Assembly: GCA_046341255.1 (NCBI GenBank)
Contig: JBKDRW010000597.1
Location: 2,295-66,294 of the forward strand
Reading direction: 5' to 3'
DNA from: Planctomycetota bacterium
GTDB lineage: Bacteria > Planctomycetota > Planctomycetia > Planctomycetales > Planctomycetaceae
DNA length: 64,000 nucleotides
In this document: piece by piece, positions 26,880 through 34,986 of the stretch
Position numbering within the stretch: the first letter of the stretch is position 1
How the letters are laid out: every line of letters begins with the position of its first letter
Program-made: the position numbers and the translations under genes
Notes under the pieces: model-generated
Database searches by the model: none
What the model was told of the DNA's origin: nothing
The model's input: the letters and a program-made list of their open reading frames with translations, nothing else

Positions 26880-28919
26880 TCACGATCGTAATCTGGCGGC
26901 CAGCTTCTGCTCACACGCGGCGATCACGTTTCGAACGACTGAGTCAACTTCTTCTGTCGTCAGAGTTCGATCGGCCGCCATGAACCTGCAGGTAATGACA
27001 TAAGATTTGCGATCGGCTTCAATCTGTTTGCCTCGATACTGGCCGCCGAAGGAGGTGCTGAGCAGCAGCGAGCCGGCAGATTCAGACACGGTGCCCGCGA
27101 GTTGTTCCCAACTCACAGCTTCGGGCAAAACGAAATTCAGGTCTCGAGAGATCGACGGGAAGCGAGGAATCGGCTGATACGATCGGGAAATCTCGAAGAG
27201 CTCTTCCACCATCGGAAGTCGAACTTCCGCGGTTGTCACGGCATCCTGCAGGTCGCAGGCGTCGAGCAAATCGCGATTCAATTCGCCCATCCAGCCCCAC
27301 AGGTTTCCATTCAGCAGCACTTCTGCACCATGGCCCGGAGTAAATTCGGGCATGGCCACAGGGCGAGTCGTCACCACGGCATGAGGCATCAATCGAGAAG
27401 CCATCCCCTGAAGAATCCCCAGCACCTGCACAAACGGACGACCAGCGACGAAACTGAGAGTGAGTGGCTCGGCCACATTCTCGGACTCGCCCAGACCAGC
27501 GGAAAGATAAACGCGAGCAATCTCGAACAGCTCGGCATTCAGGGTGCCATGGCGTTCGTTCTGGCGTCGACACTGCAGCAGACTGGGAATCAGACTTTGA
27601 CGAAGCTGATTCTCATGACTTCGACTGGAATGATTGACGGCGACTGCGGAAATGCGGCCCAGCGGCTTGAACAACTGCCGCTGATCTTCGCTGACAAACG
27701 ACAACGTCAGCGCTTCCGACAATCCGCTGGCGATCATCTGCGCGCGGACCAGATCAAGCACTCGTTCCCGGCGAGTTCTCGCAGTGGCCACAACCGGCAG
27801 TGTGGCATCGGCAGGAATGTGATCGTATCCGTGAATCCTGGCCACTTCTTCAATCAGGTCACATTCGCGAAGTAAATCAGGCCGCCAGCTTGGCGGTTCG
27901 AAGGTTGCCGATGCGGCGTCACGCTTCAGACACCTGAGCCCCAGTCGCTGGAGAATATCGACAGCCGTATCGGCCGCGATTTCAATTCCCAGCAATCGAC
28001 CAATACGCTCAAATCGCAAAGAGAAAGATTCGCGGTGCGAATGGGGCGGACTCCCGGCCACCACAGAACCCGCCAGTAATGTCCCGCCAGCGACCTGCAG
28101 AATCAATTCACAGCAACGTCGCGAAGCCCAGTCGAGCCACAGCCGATCGACCTTGCGTTCGAAGCGATACGACGATGGGCTGTGCAGTTTTAACGCGCGA
28201 GCCGTCGCGCGGACGGACATGGATGCGAAGGATGCAGCTTCGATGAGTACGTTGACGGTTGCATCGGAGATCTCTGTATCGAAGCCACCCATGACACCGG
28301 CAACGGCGACGGGGCGGCTGGCATCGGCAATCACACATTCATCTCCGCTGAGCGTGTAAGGCTTCTGGTCGATCGCCGTGATCGTCTCGCCCTTCTTCGC
28401 CTGGCGAACGATGATGTTCTGACCAATGAGCTTGTCCAGGTCGAACGCATGCAGAGGCTGACCGCATTCCATCATCACAAAGTTAGTGACGTCGACGACG
28501 TTGTTGACGGAATTGATCCCCACCGCAGCCAGACGATCCTTCAGCCATGCCGGGCTTGGACCAATCCTGACTCCGCGAAGGACACGCGCGTGATATTCAT
28601 GGCAAAGCTCGGGGCACTCGATGCTGACGCATGTGGCCTTGCTTGCGGGCTCAGCAGATTCCACAACCTTCGCATCCGGGATGGTCAGCGGCCTGCGATA
28701 CAGGACCGACAGTTCCCGGGCGACGCCGATGTGGCCGAGACAGTCCGGACGATTGCTGGTGACTTCAATGTCTATCGCGACGTCAGGCTTGCTGAGCGAC
28801 TCGGTGACGTCGTGGAACTCTTCCAGATTCAGCCCGGACATCGTCAGCCGATTTGTCAGGTCTTCAACACTTTCAGGAAGCTGAACATACTCAGCCAGCC
28901 AGTTTTTGCTCACAATCAT
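26880..28919 (-). CDS. pheT: phenylalanine--tRNA ligase beta subunit (short form lacking the OB-fold tRNA-binding domain)
   Basis: Start MIVSKNWLAEYV (the PheT B1 start). B3/4 motif IEVTSNRPDCLGHIGVARE. A B5 domain and a C-terminal FDX-ACB-like domain are present (SISRDLNFV...). Start taken at ATG 28919. Confidence 0.9.
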   Translation of the reverse strand: MIVSKNWLAEYVQLPESVEDLTNRLTMSGLNLEEFHDVTESLSKPDVAIDIEVTSNRPDCLGHIGVARELSVLYRRPLTIPDAKVVESAEPASKATCVSIECPELCHEYHARVLRGVRIGPSPAWLKDRLAAVGINSVNNVVDVTNFVMMECGQPLHAFDLDKLIGQNIIVRQAKKGETITAIDQKPYTLSGDECVIADASRPVAVAGVMGGFDTEISDATVNVLIEAASFASMSVRATARALKLHSPSSYRFERKVDRLWLDWASRRCCELILQVAGGTLLAGSVVAGSPPHSHRESFSLRFERIGRLLGIEIAADTAVDILQRLGLRCLKRDAASATFEPPSWRPDLLRECDLIEEVARIHGYDHIPADATLPVVATARTRRERVLDLVRAQMIASGLSEALTLSFVSEDQRQLFKPLGRISAVAVNHSSRSHENQLRQSLIPSLLQCRRQNERHGTLNAELFEIARVYLSAGLGESENVAEPLTLSFVAGRPFVQVLGILQGMASRLMPHAVVTTRPVAMPEFTPGHGAEVLLNGNLWGWMGELNRDLLDACDLQDAVTTAEVRLPMVEELFEISRSYQPIPRFPSISRDLNFVLPEAVSWEQLAGTVSESAGSLLLSTSFGGQYRGKQIEADRKSYVITCRFMAADRTLTTEEVDSVVRNVIAACEQKLAARLRS

Positions 28920-29113
28920 CGGAATGCACCAGAACGACCACAGGGGCCAAAAGAGCGGGAATGTTTCAGGGCCCCGAAGTGTAGCCAATCATTGAAGAAC
29001 GCAAAACGGCAGAGAAATCGGGAGAAATCTTCGGTCGGCAGGGCCACCGGCGCACTGTATCCCTTTCGCTTTGTCGACGAGCAGAGTTTTTCGTCACACT
29101 CGGGACACATCCG

Positions 29114-30193
29114 ATGCATCGCTTGTTCGTCATTGTCCTTTTCGCTGCGTCAACATCCATATCGATGGCACCCTCAGCGGCCGAAGAGATTGCAGTCTCG
29201 AACACTCAGGAACTGCGAGCCGCGCTGTCGAAAGCTTCGGCAGGGCAGACAATTCGAATTGCCGCAGGCATCTATTCGGGTGGCATGAGCGTCAGTGGTG
29301 TGAAGAATCTGACCATCGAGGGTGCCGACAAAATGTTACCGCCGGAGTTCAGGGGATCGAGTGGTGGCTGGTTTATCTCGCGCTGCCCGGGCCTGACTCT
29401 TCGCAACATCATTGTTCGCGGGGCAACCGCCAATGGGATCAACATTGATGACGGCGGCAAGGGTGATTGCGTGACGGAAGGGATCGCCGTCGATGGTGTT
29501 CAGGTTTTTGAAATCGGCCCGCGGGGAAATTGTGATGGCATCAAGTGCTCGGGGCTCGATCGGCTGACCATCAGGAACTGTCTTATTGAAGGTTGGGGAG
29601 GTCAGGGAATTGATCTGGTCGGTTGCCACAATGCAGAGATCACCAACTGCAGACTTGTGGGTCGTGACGGCTTCTCTGCCAGCGCCGGAATTCAGATGAA
29701 AGGCGGCACGGCGGATGTTGTTGTGGAGAAGTGTCACTTTGTGAATGCTGGCGAGCGACCGTTGAATGCAGGCGGCTCGACCGGGGCTGACTACTTTCGG
29801 CCACGCGATGCGAGGTACGAAGCCGCTCGGTTGATCATGCGAAACAATACGATTGAAGGCAGTCTTTGCGCGGTCGCATTTGCAGGAGTCGACGGTGGTG
29901 AGTTCGCCGACAACACGATTCTGTTTCCCACGAAGTGGATCTTTCGAATTCTTCAGGAGAATACATCGCCGGAATTTGCTCCGTGTCGCGACGTGACGAT
30001 CCGGAACAATCAGATTGTGTTTCGAAGATCTCAGGTTCTGACGGAAGTGAATGTCGGCCCTCATACAATGCCCGATTCGTTCAGGTTTGACGGCAACGTC
30101 TGGTTTGCCGAAGATCGCCCCGCAGCATCGAGGCCTCGTCTGCCCGTATCCGAAGCCAATGGTGTTTATGGCCGGGATCCGCGAACGAAGTAG
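29114..30193 (+). CDS. secreted right-handed parallel beta-helix repeat protein (pectate-lyase-fold)
   Basis: Signal peptide MHRLFVIVLFAASTSISMAPSAA. The family-typical entry is V.NTQELRAALSKASAGQTIRIAAGIYSGG. Periodic G..I.....N..I.N repeats follow. Confidence 0.65.
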   Translation: MHRLFVIVLFAASTSISMAPSAAEEIAVSNTQELRAALSKASAGQTIRIAAGIYSGGMSVSGVKNLTIEGADKMLPPEFRGSSGGWFISRCPGLTLRNIIVRGATANGINIDDGGKGDCVTEGIAVDGVQVFEIGPRGNCDGIKCSGLDRLTIRNCLIEGWGGQGIDLVGCHNAEITNCRLVGRDGFSASAGIQMKGGTADVVVEKCHFVNAGERPLNAGGSTGADYFRPRDARYEAARLIMRNNTIEGSLCAVAFAGVDGGEFADNTILFPTKWIFRILQENTSPEFAPCRDVTIRNNQIVFRRSQVLTEVNVGPHTMPDSFRFDGNVWFAEDRPAASRPRLPVSEANGVYGRDPRTK

Positions 30194-30274
30194 AAGAATC
30201 CGGTCGGCGGAGCGACCGGTCTGCCGTACACCCGTCGCTCCGCCGACGGGCGATGCCCTATCGAAAGTCCGCTC

Positions 30275-31483
30275 GTGAACACTGCTGTTTATGCCATTGC
30301 AACGATGGATACGAAGGGCAACGAACTCCAGTTCGTTGCAGAGACTCTTCGATCTGTGGGCGTTCCCGTGCGAACCATCGACGTGGGCACGCTCGACCAC
30401 GCGACTGTGCCGGCCGATATCGGCCGGGACAAGGTGCTTGATGGGGCAGCGCTGCTGACCGGAGGTGATCGGGGTACTGCAGTTTCCGCGATGGCCGTCG
30501 CGCTGCGGAGGTTTCTGGCCAGAGAGTTTTCTGAAGGGCGATTGTCGGGTGTTATTGGAATCGGAGGCAGTGGTGGCACCGCATTGATCACACCAGCGAT
30601 GCGAGAGCTTCCGATCGGCATTCCGAAAGTCATGGTGTCCACTGTTGCCAGCGGCAATACAGCGCCGTATGTGGATTCGTGTGACATCACGATGATGTAT
30701 TCCGTCGTCGATGTGGCCGGGCTGAATGTTGTCTCGCGGACTGTTCTGCGCAATGCAGCTCATGCGATGGCCGGCATGGTGAAACATGCGACTCCGGATG
30801 TATCCACAAAGCAGACTCTGGGTATGACTATGTTCGGGGTCACGACGTCGTGCGTCACTGCAGTGCGTCAACAGTTGGAAGCAGATGGCTACGACTGTCT
30901 GGTCTTTCACGCCACCGGAGCCGGCGGTCGAGCGATGGAGAATCTCGTTCGATCGGGGCTGATCAACGGCGTGCTCGACATCACAACGACCGAAGTCGCG
31001 GACGAAGTTATCGGTGGTGTCTTTCCGGCGGGACCTTATCGTTTCGAAGTGCTGCTGGAAAAACAGATTCCGCTGCTGCTGAGTGTTGGCGCAGTGGACA
31101 TGGTCAACTTTGGTGCGAAGTCGACAGTTCCGAAAGAGTTTCGGGAGCGTCGTCTGCATGTTCATAACGAGCAGGTGACGCTGATGCGAACAACTCCGGA
31201 TGAGAACCGTCAGATTGCACGCTGGATGGCTACCAAGCTCAATCGATCCACGTCACCTGTCACTCTTGTTGTTCCGAAAGGTGGCGTTTCCGCGATCGAT
31301 GCTCCCGGCCAGCCGTTTTACGATCCGGAAGCCAATGCCGCCTTGTTTGACGAGCTTCGAAGAGTACTGAATCAGACATCCGAGCGGCGTCTGGTTTTCT
31401 CACCACTTCACATCAACGACCCGAAGTTTGCGGAGCAGCTGCTGTCCGAATACAAAACCATGGAACGGCGGGTTGGAAATTGA
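30275..31483 (+). CDS. UPF0261 / Tm-1-like ATP-binding protein
   Basis: AIATMDTKGNELQFV at the N-terminus, GVIGIGGSGGTALIT, and HATGAGGRAMENL. GTG start. Confidence 0.8.
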   Translation: MNTAVYAIATMDTKGNELQFVAETLRSVGVPVRTIDVGTLDHATVPADIGRDKVLDGAALLTGGDRGTAVSAMAVALRRFLAREFSEGRLSGVIGIGGSGGTALITPAMRELPIGIPKVMVSTVASGNTAPYVDSCDITMMYSVVDVAGLNVVSRTVLRNAAHAMAGMVKHATPDVSTKQTLGMTMFGVTTSCVTAVRQQLEADGYDCLVFHATGAGGRAMENLVRSGLINGVLDITTTEVADEVIGGVFPAGPYRFEVLLEKQIPLLLSVGAVDMVNFGAKSTVPKEFRERRLHVHNEQVTLMRTTPDENRQIARWMATKLNRSTSPVTLVVPKGGVSAIDAPGQPFYDPEANAALFDELRRVLNQTSERRLVFSPLHINDPKFAEQLLSEYKTMERRVGN

Positions 31484-31506
31484 TACCGCCAATGAATTTC
31501 TTTTCG

Positions 31507-31619
31507 CCACCGGGGTAACCCCGGTGGTTCAACGGCCTTTGCACTACAAGCGGGCTGAGGATGCGATTGAAGTTGGAGTAGTCAAGAAGCCTGTTTCCAC
31601 CGGGATGAACCCGGTGGGG
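31507..31619. repeat. structured intergenic repeat (REP/MITE-like), copy 2, inverted relative to copy 1
   Basis: Perfect hairpin ccaccggg-gtaa-cccggtgg (31507-31527) and ccaccggg-atgaa-cccggtgg (31597-31617) flank arms cctttgcactac / gtagtcaagaag. The reverse complement aligns with 7105-7212. It sits between the UPF0261 gene and its usual partner gene. Confidence 0.6.
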
Positions 31620-31721
31620 GAACTTGGTTTGAGGCCCGGGACAAGGAGCCCAGTCCGTTTTGTAAACATCGTCAACCGCCGGAACACGTTGCGACATCCG
31701 GCTCATGAATGAAACATCAAC

Positions 31722-32558
31722 ATGGCTGAATCTCGTTCTTCCATTCTGAAACGATTTCGACACAAGGTTGCTCAGGGGCTGCCGATTGTTGGTGGCGGCG
31801 CGGGGACGGGGATCAGTGCGAAATGTGAAGAGGCGGGCGGGATCGATCTGATCGTCATCTACAACTCGGGCAAATACCGGATGGCGGGGCGAGGATCGTT
31901 GTCGGGGCTGCTGCCATACGGCAATGCGAACGACATCGTCAGGGAGATGGCGAAAGAAGTGCTCACTGCGGTGACCCATACACCGGTGCTGGCCGGAGTC
32001 TGCGGGACGGATCCGTTTATGCTGCGAGATCACTTCCTGAAAGAACTTCGAGACCTTGGCTTCGCAGGCATCCAGAATTTTCCAACCGTCGGACTGATCG
32101 ACGGCGTTTTTCGCGCAAATCTGGAAGAGACTGGTATGGGCTTCAGCCTCGAAGTCGATTGCATCGCTGCGGCGCATCAACTGGACATGCTCACCACGCC
32201 GTACGCCTTCGATCCGGATCAGGCACGAGTGCTCACACAAGCCGGCGCCGATATCATCGTGGCTCACATGGGACTTACGACCAGCGGTTCGATCGGGGCA
32301 AAAACCGCCTTGACTCTGGACGACTGTGTGCCTCGCATTCGTGAGATGGCTGATGCTGCGCGAAAGGTTCGCCCGGACGTATTTGTTCTCTGCCACGGCG
32401 GTCCAATCGCCATGCCGAGCGACGCAACATTCATGCTCAACCGTCTTCCCGAGATCGACGGCTTTTACGGCGCCAGCTCGATGGAACGTCTGCCGACGGA
32501 GATCGCCCTGCAGAAACAAGTCGAAGATTTCATGAACATGAGACGGTCCCACGGCTGA
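31722..32558 (+). CDS. phosphoenolpyruvate hydrolase-like TIM-barrel protein (usual partner of UPF0261)
   Basis: [58 protein letters not shown] is the characteristic N-terminus of this family. Confidence 0.8.
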   Translation: MAESRSSILKRFRHKVAQGLPIVGGGAGTGISAKCEEAGGIDLIVIYNSGKYRMAGRGSLSGLLPYGNANDIVREMAKEVLTAVTHTPVLAGVCGTDPFMLRDHFLKELRDLGFAGIQNFPTVGLIDGVFRANLEETGMGFSLEVDCIAAAHQLDMLTTPYAFDPDQARVLTQAGADIIVAHMGLTTSGSIGAKTALTLDDCVPRIREMADAARKVRPDVFVLCHGGPIAMPSDATFMLNRLPEIDGFYGASSMERLPTEIALQKQVEDFMNMRRSHG

Positions 32559-32765
32559 CGCTCGTTGCGGCCATCAGCCTCGGAAAGGTTTCAGCAGCCT
32601 TGGCAGAGATATGTGCCGGCCGATTTCAAACGCGACACTTGTTGTGTGAAACAAAAAAAGGGCAGACCATGGAAGAACACATTCGAGTCTTTCATTCGGA
32701 CCGAACGTGATCTTCCACAGCCTGCCCCTGCAGAGCGGACCGAAGTGGAAAATGGCCGCGGCGGA

Positions 32766-32990
32766 TCAGATCACGCCACCGTGAACTCGATAAGGAGTGG
32801 CCAGGTCAGGCAGATCCAGTCCCCAGATGCGTTCCCAGATTTCCGGGATATGACGGAGACTTTCTGACTGATAGATCAACTGACGGGCTCGCACGTCCGG
32901 ATTTGGGCTCCAGATCGGCATGGCACAGCCGATATGCAGCACAGAGCAAGCCAGCAGGAGTCCTGCCATCAGTCGAATTCGAATCTTCAT
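32766..32990 (-). CDS. small secreted or lipoprotein-like hypothetical protein
   Basis: 74-aa ORF with the signal-like N-terminus MKIRIRLMAGLLLACSVLHIGC. It has no homology support, so the call is weak. Confidence 0.4.
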   Translation of the reverse strand: MKIRIRLMAGLLLACSVLHIGCAMPIWSPNPDVRARQLIYQSESLRHIPEIWERIWGLDLPDLATPYRVHGGVI

Positions 32991-33182
32991 CGCAACGTCC
33001 TTCCCTGGACCCGTTGTGCCGTGAGATTAACCTCACGGAGCCACCGTATTCGGAAGACAGATCAGTTTTCAGTTCACCAGCGCAGTCCTGAAAGTGACAG
33101 GACGCTTCACATTGAAAACATGATCCAGGGCGATTCGGCAGCGACAGAGACAGTGATCCGGAAGGAGCAAGCCCATTCCTCT

Positions 33183-33524
33183 TCAGGATTTCGGAGTATC
33201 CCAGGGATTCGAAGCGGCAGCCCTGGCCCGAGCAGCTTCCTGCTCTTCCAGTTCGCGAACCTTTGCTTCCATCTCTTTGCCTGGTTTGAATGTCACGACA
33301 AACTTGGCAGGAACTTCAACCTGCCCGCCTGTCCGAGGATTCCGAGCCTTTCGGGCGGCTCGCATTTTTACTTCGAAGACTCCAAAGTTTCGCAACTCAA
33401 TGCGACGTTCCTCGACCAGTGTTTCCACAATGGCATCGAACGTCTTTTGGACGATTTCCTTCGTCTGCAACTGCGTCAATCCCAGCTGATCCGAAATCGC
33501 CTTCACGATCTCTTTCTTGGTCAC
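33183..33524 (-). CDS. HU/IHF family DNA-binding protein with a charged C-terminal extension
   Basis: [35 protein letters not shown].....[47 protein letters not shown] start, preceded by GGAGG 8 nt upstream. Confidence 0.85.
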   Translation of the reverse strand: MTKKEIVKAISDQLGLTQLQTKEIVQKTFDAIVETLVEERRIELRNFGVFEVKMRAARKARNPRTGGQVEVPAKFVVTFKPGKEMEAKVRELEEQEAARARAAASNPWDTPKS

Positions 33525-33570
33525 GTTGGGAACCTCCGGGGTTAGACACAGTGGTTGTGGAAATGATCCA

Positions 33571-33600
33571 ACTTTAGACTCCGTCAGGACTTACTGTCAA
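33571..33600 (-). promoter_or_regulatory. candidate sigma70-type promoter for the HU/IHF gene
   Basis: On the minus strand: TTGACA (33600-33595), an 18-nt spacer, then TAAAGT (33576-33571). It lies about 45-75 nt upstream of the GTG start. Sequence pattern only. Confidence 0.35.
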
Positions 33601-34162
33601 GAGCCCAGATTCAGCCAATCGATGTTCTGAGCCCTCTTGCGCCCACTCAGAACGGTTGTTCCGGCGAACGAATCGCACTCGATCATGGTTTCATGTGAAT
33701 TGCCAAAGAACGAACAACGGCACGGTTAGAAACCGACACCTGTCCTGTTTATCGGACCCGCTGAACCGTTTCTTTGAGGAAACTCGGTACAATCGATAAA
33801 GATTGACTGAATTGGCTCCAATTTCCCTGCGTTATGTTGCTTCCAGTGATGCGATGCTGCGAAGTCTGGGCTGTCTGGGTTGTTAACGACTCCTCGTTGC
33901 CAGGATGGTCGACTTCGTTTCGGGCTGTGGAATGTGTCGAACGCCTGATGAATCCGACAACTTCGACTTGTTTTTTGCTCCGCAGACTGTGGGTCTGTTC
34001 ATGGATTAACGCGATCCAGCGGTTGCTGTTCGGGCTGCGTCAAATCCAGACACATCTGCGTCTCGAGCAGAAGGTTTTGGCACACGTCCCATTGAGGATG
34101 AAGGGCGTGATCCCGAGTGAATTGTTGAAAGCCAGCAGGAGACGTGAGTGGGCGGAGTCGGA

Positions 34163-34684
34163 TCAGGCCGGACCAAGTCCCATCATTCGACGCCAGGTGC
34201 TGACCTGTCCGAGATGCATCATGATATGTCCCCCTGCATAGAAATTTTGCAGCGATCCAAGGGTAGGAAATCGCACAGCCTGTGGGCCTTCCATCGGGTT
34301 TGGCACCTCGAGTGCCGAATCCGGCAACGAGCGAAGCACCGTCACGGACGCTCGGTATCCTTCAAAAAAAGCGGCCTGAATGATGTCCATGGAAGGGTAC
34401 AGTGTCCCATTTGGATCATCGGCGCACTTCGCGTCTTTGGAGAACAGTGCTTCAAATCCGGCCGGGACAACTGGCCCGGGAACGCCCAGTTGCGTGAGAA
34501 TTCTGGGACCGTAAAGGCTGAGGTGTCCGTAGGAAAACGCCGGGTGGTTGGCTTCGACGATGACTCCCCCGACAGTCGCGAACCGAGCGAACATTTTTGG
34601 TGAAATATCCTTCAGAAGTCGTTCGCCGTAAGAGAGTGAAAGTTCCAGGGAATCAGCAATGACGTTTCCCAGCGATCGAATCAT
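34163..34684 (-). CDS. DinB superfamily (DinB_2-like) protein
   Basis: 173 aa with a four-helix-bundle-like pattern. His-containing segments include ANHPAFSYGHL and GHIMMHLGQVSTWRRMMG. Assignment is by resemblance only. Confidence 0.55.
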   Translation of the reverse strand: MIRSLGNVIADSLELSLSYGERLLKDISPKMFARFATVGGVIVEANHPAFSYGHLSLYGPRILTQLGVPGPVVPAGFEALFSKDAKCADDPNGTLYPSMDIIQAAFFEGYRASVTVLRSLPDSALEVPNPMEGPQAVRFPTLGSLQNFYAGGHIMMHLGQVSTWRRMMGLGPA

Positions 34685-34986
34685 CGAGTTGACCTTTCGG
34701 AGTCAGGAAAAAGACGACACAGCACCGGAGGGAATCGTGACCTGAGAACCAGTGGAGCGTCAACCAGGGGCGTGAAATCCTCTCATGATTCCCGGAGGCT
34801 GTGATTTGCGGCGCTGAATTCAACGGCGAGTTTCCCGATGGCACTCGTCGAGGAAAACCGGTGATGACTTCAGATTCGAGTTCTGCTTAGAATCCGGCAG
34901 ATGTTGCCGCAGGCATCGGGTTGGAGCCCGGTTCAAAGTCAGCGGAGAAGCAAAATGTGCCATACTTTGTGGACGGAGTAGCAGGG

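Noticed and set aside
29336-31165. 609-aa ORF on the minus strand
   Set aside because: It is antisense to the beta-helix and UPF0261 genes, which have clear family motifs. Its Arg/His/Cys-rich composition is typical of shadow ORFs in GC-rich DNA.
31413-32552. 379-aa ORF on the minus strand
   Set aside because: It is antisense to the PEP-hydrolase-like gene, whose N-terminal signature is unambiguous. It has no motifs of its own.
33834-34241. 135-aa + strand ORF
   Set aside because: No motifs. It overlaps the DinB-like gene in antisense and sits in a region better explained as regulatory.
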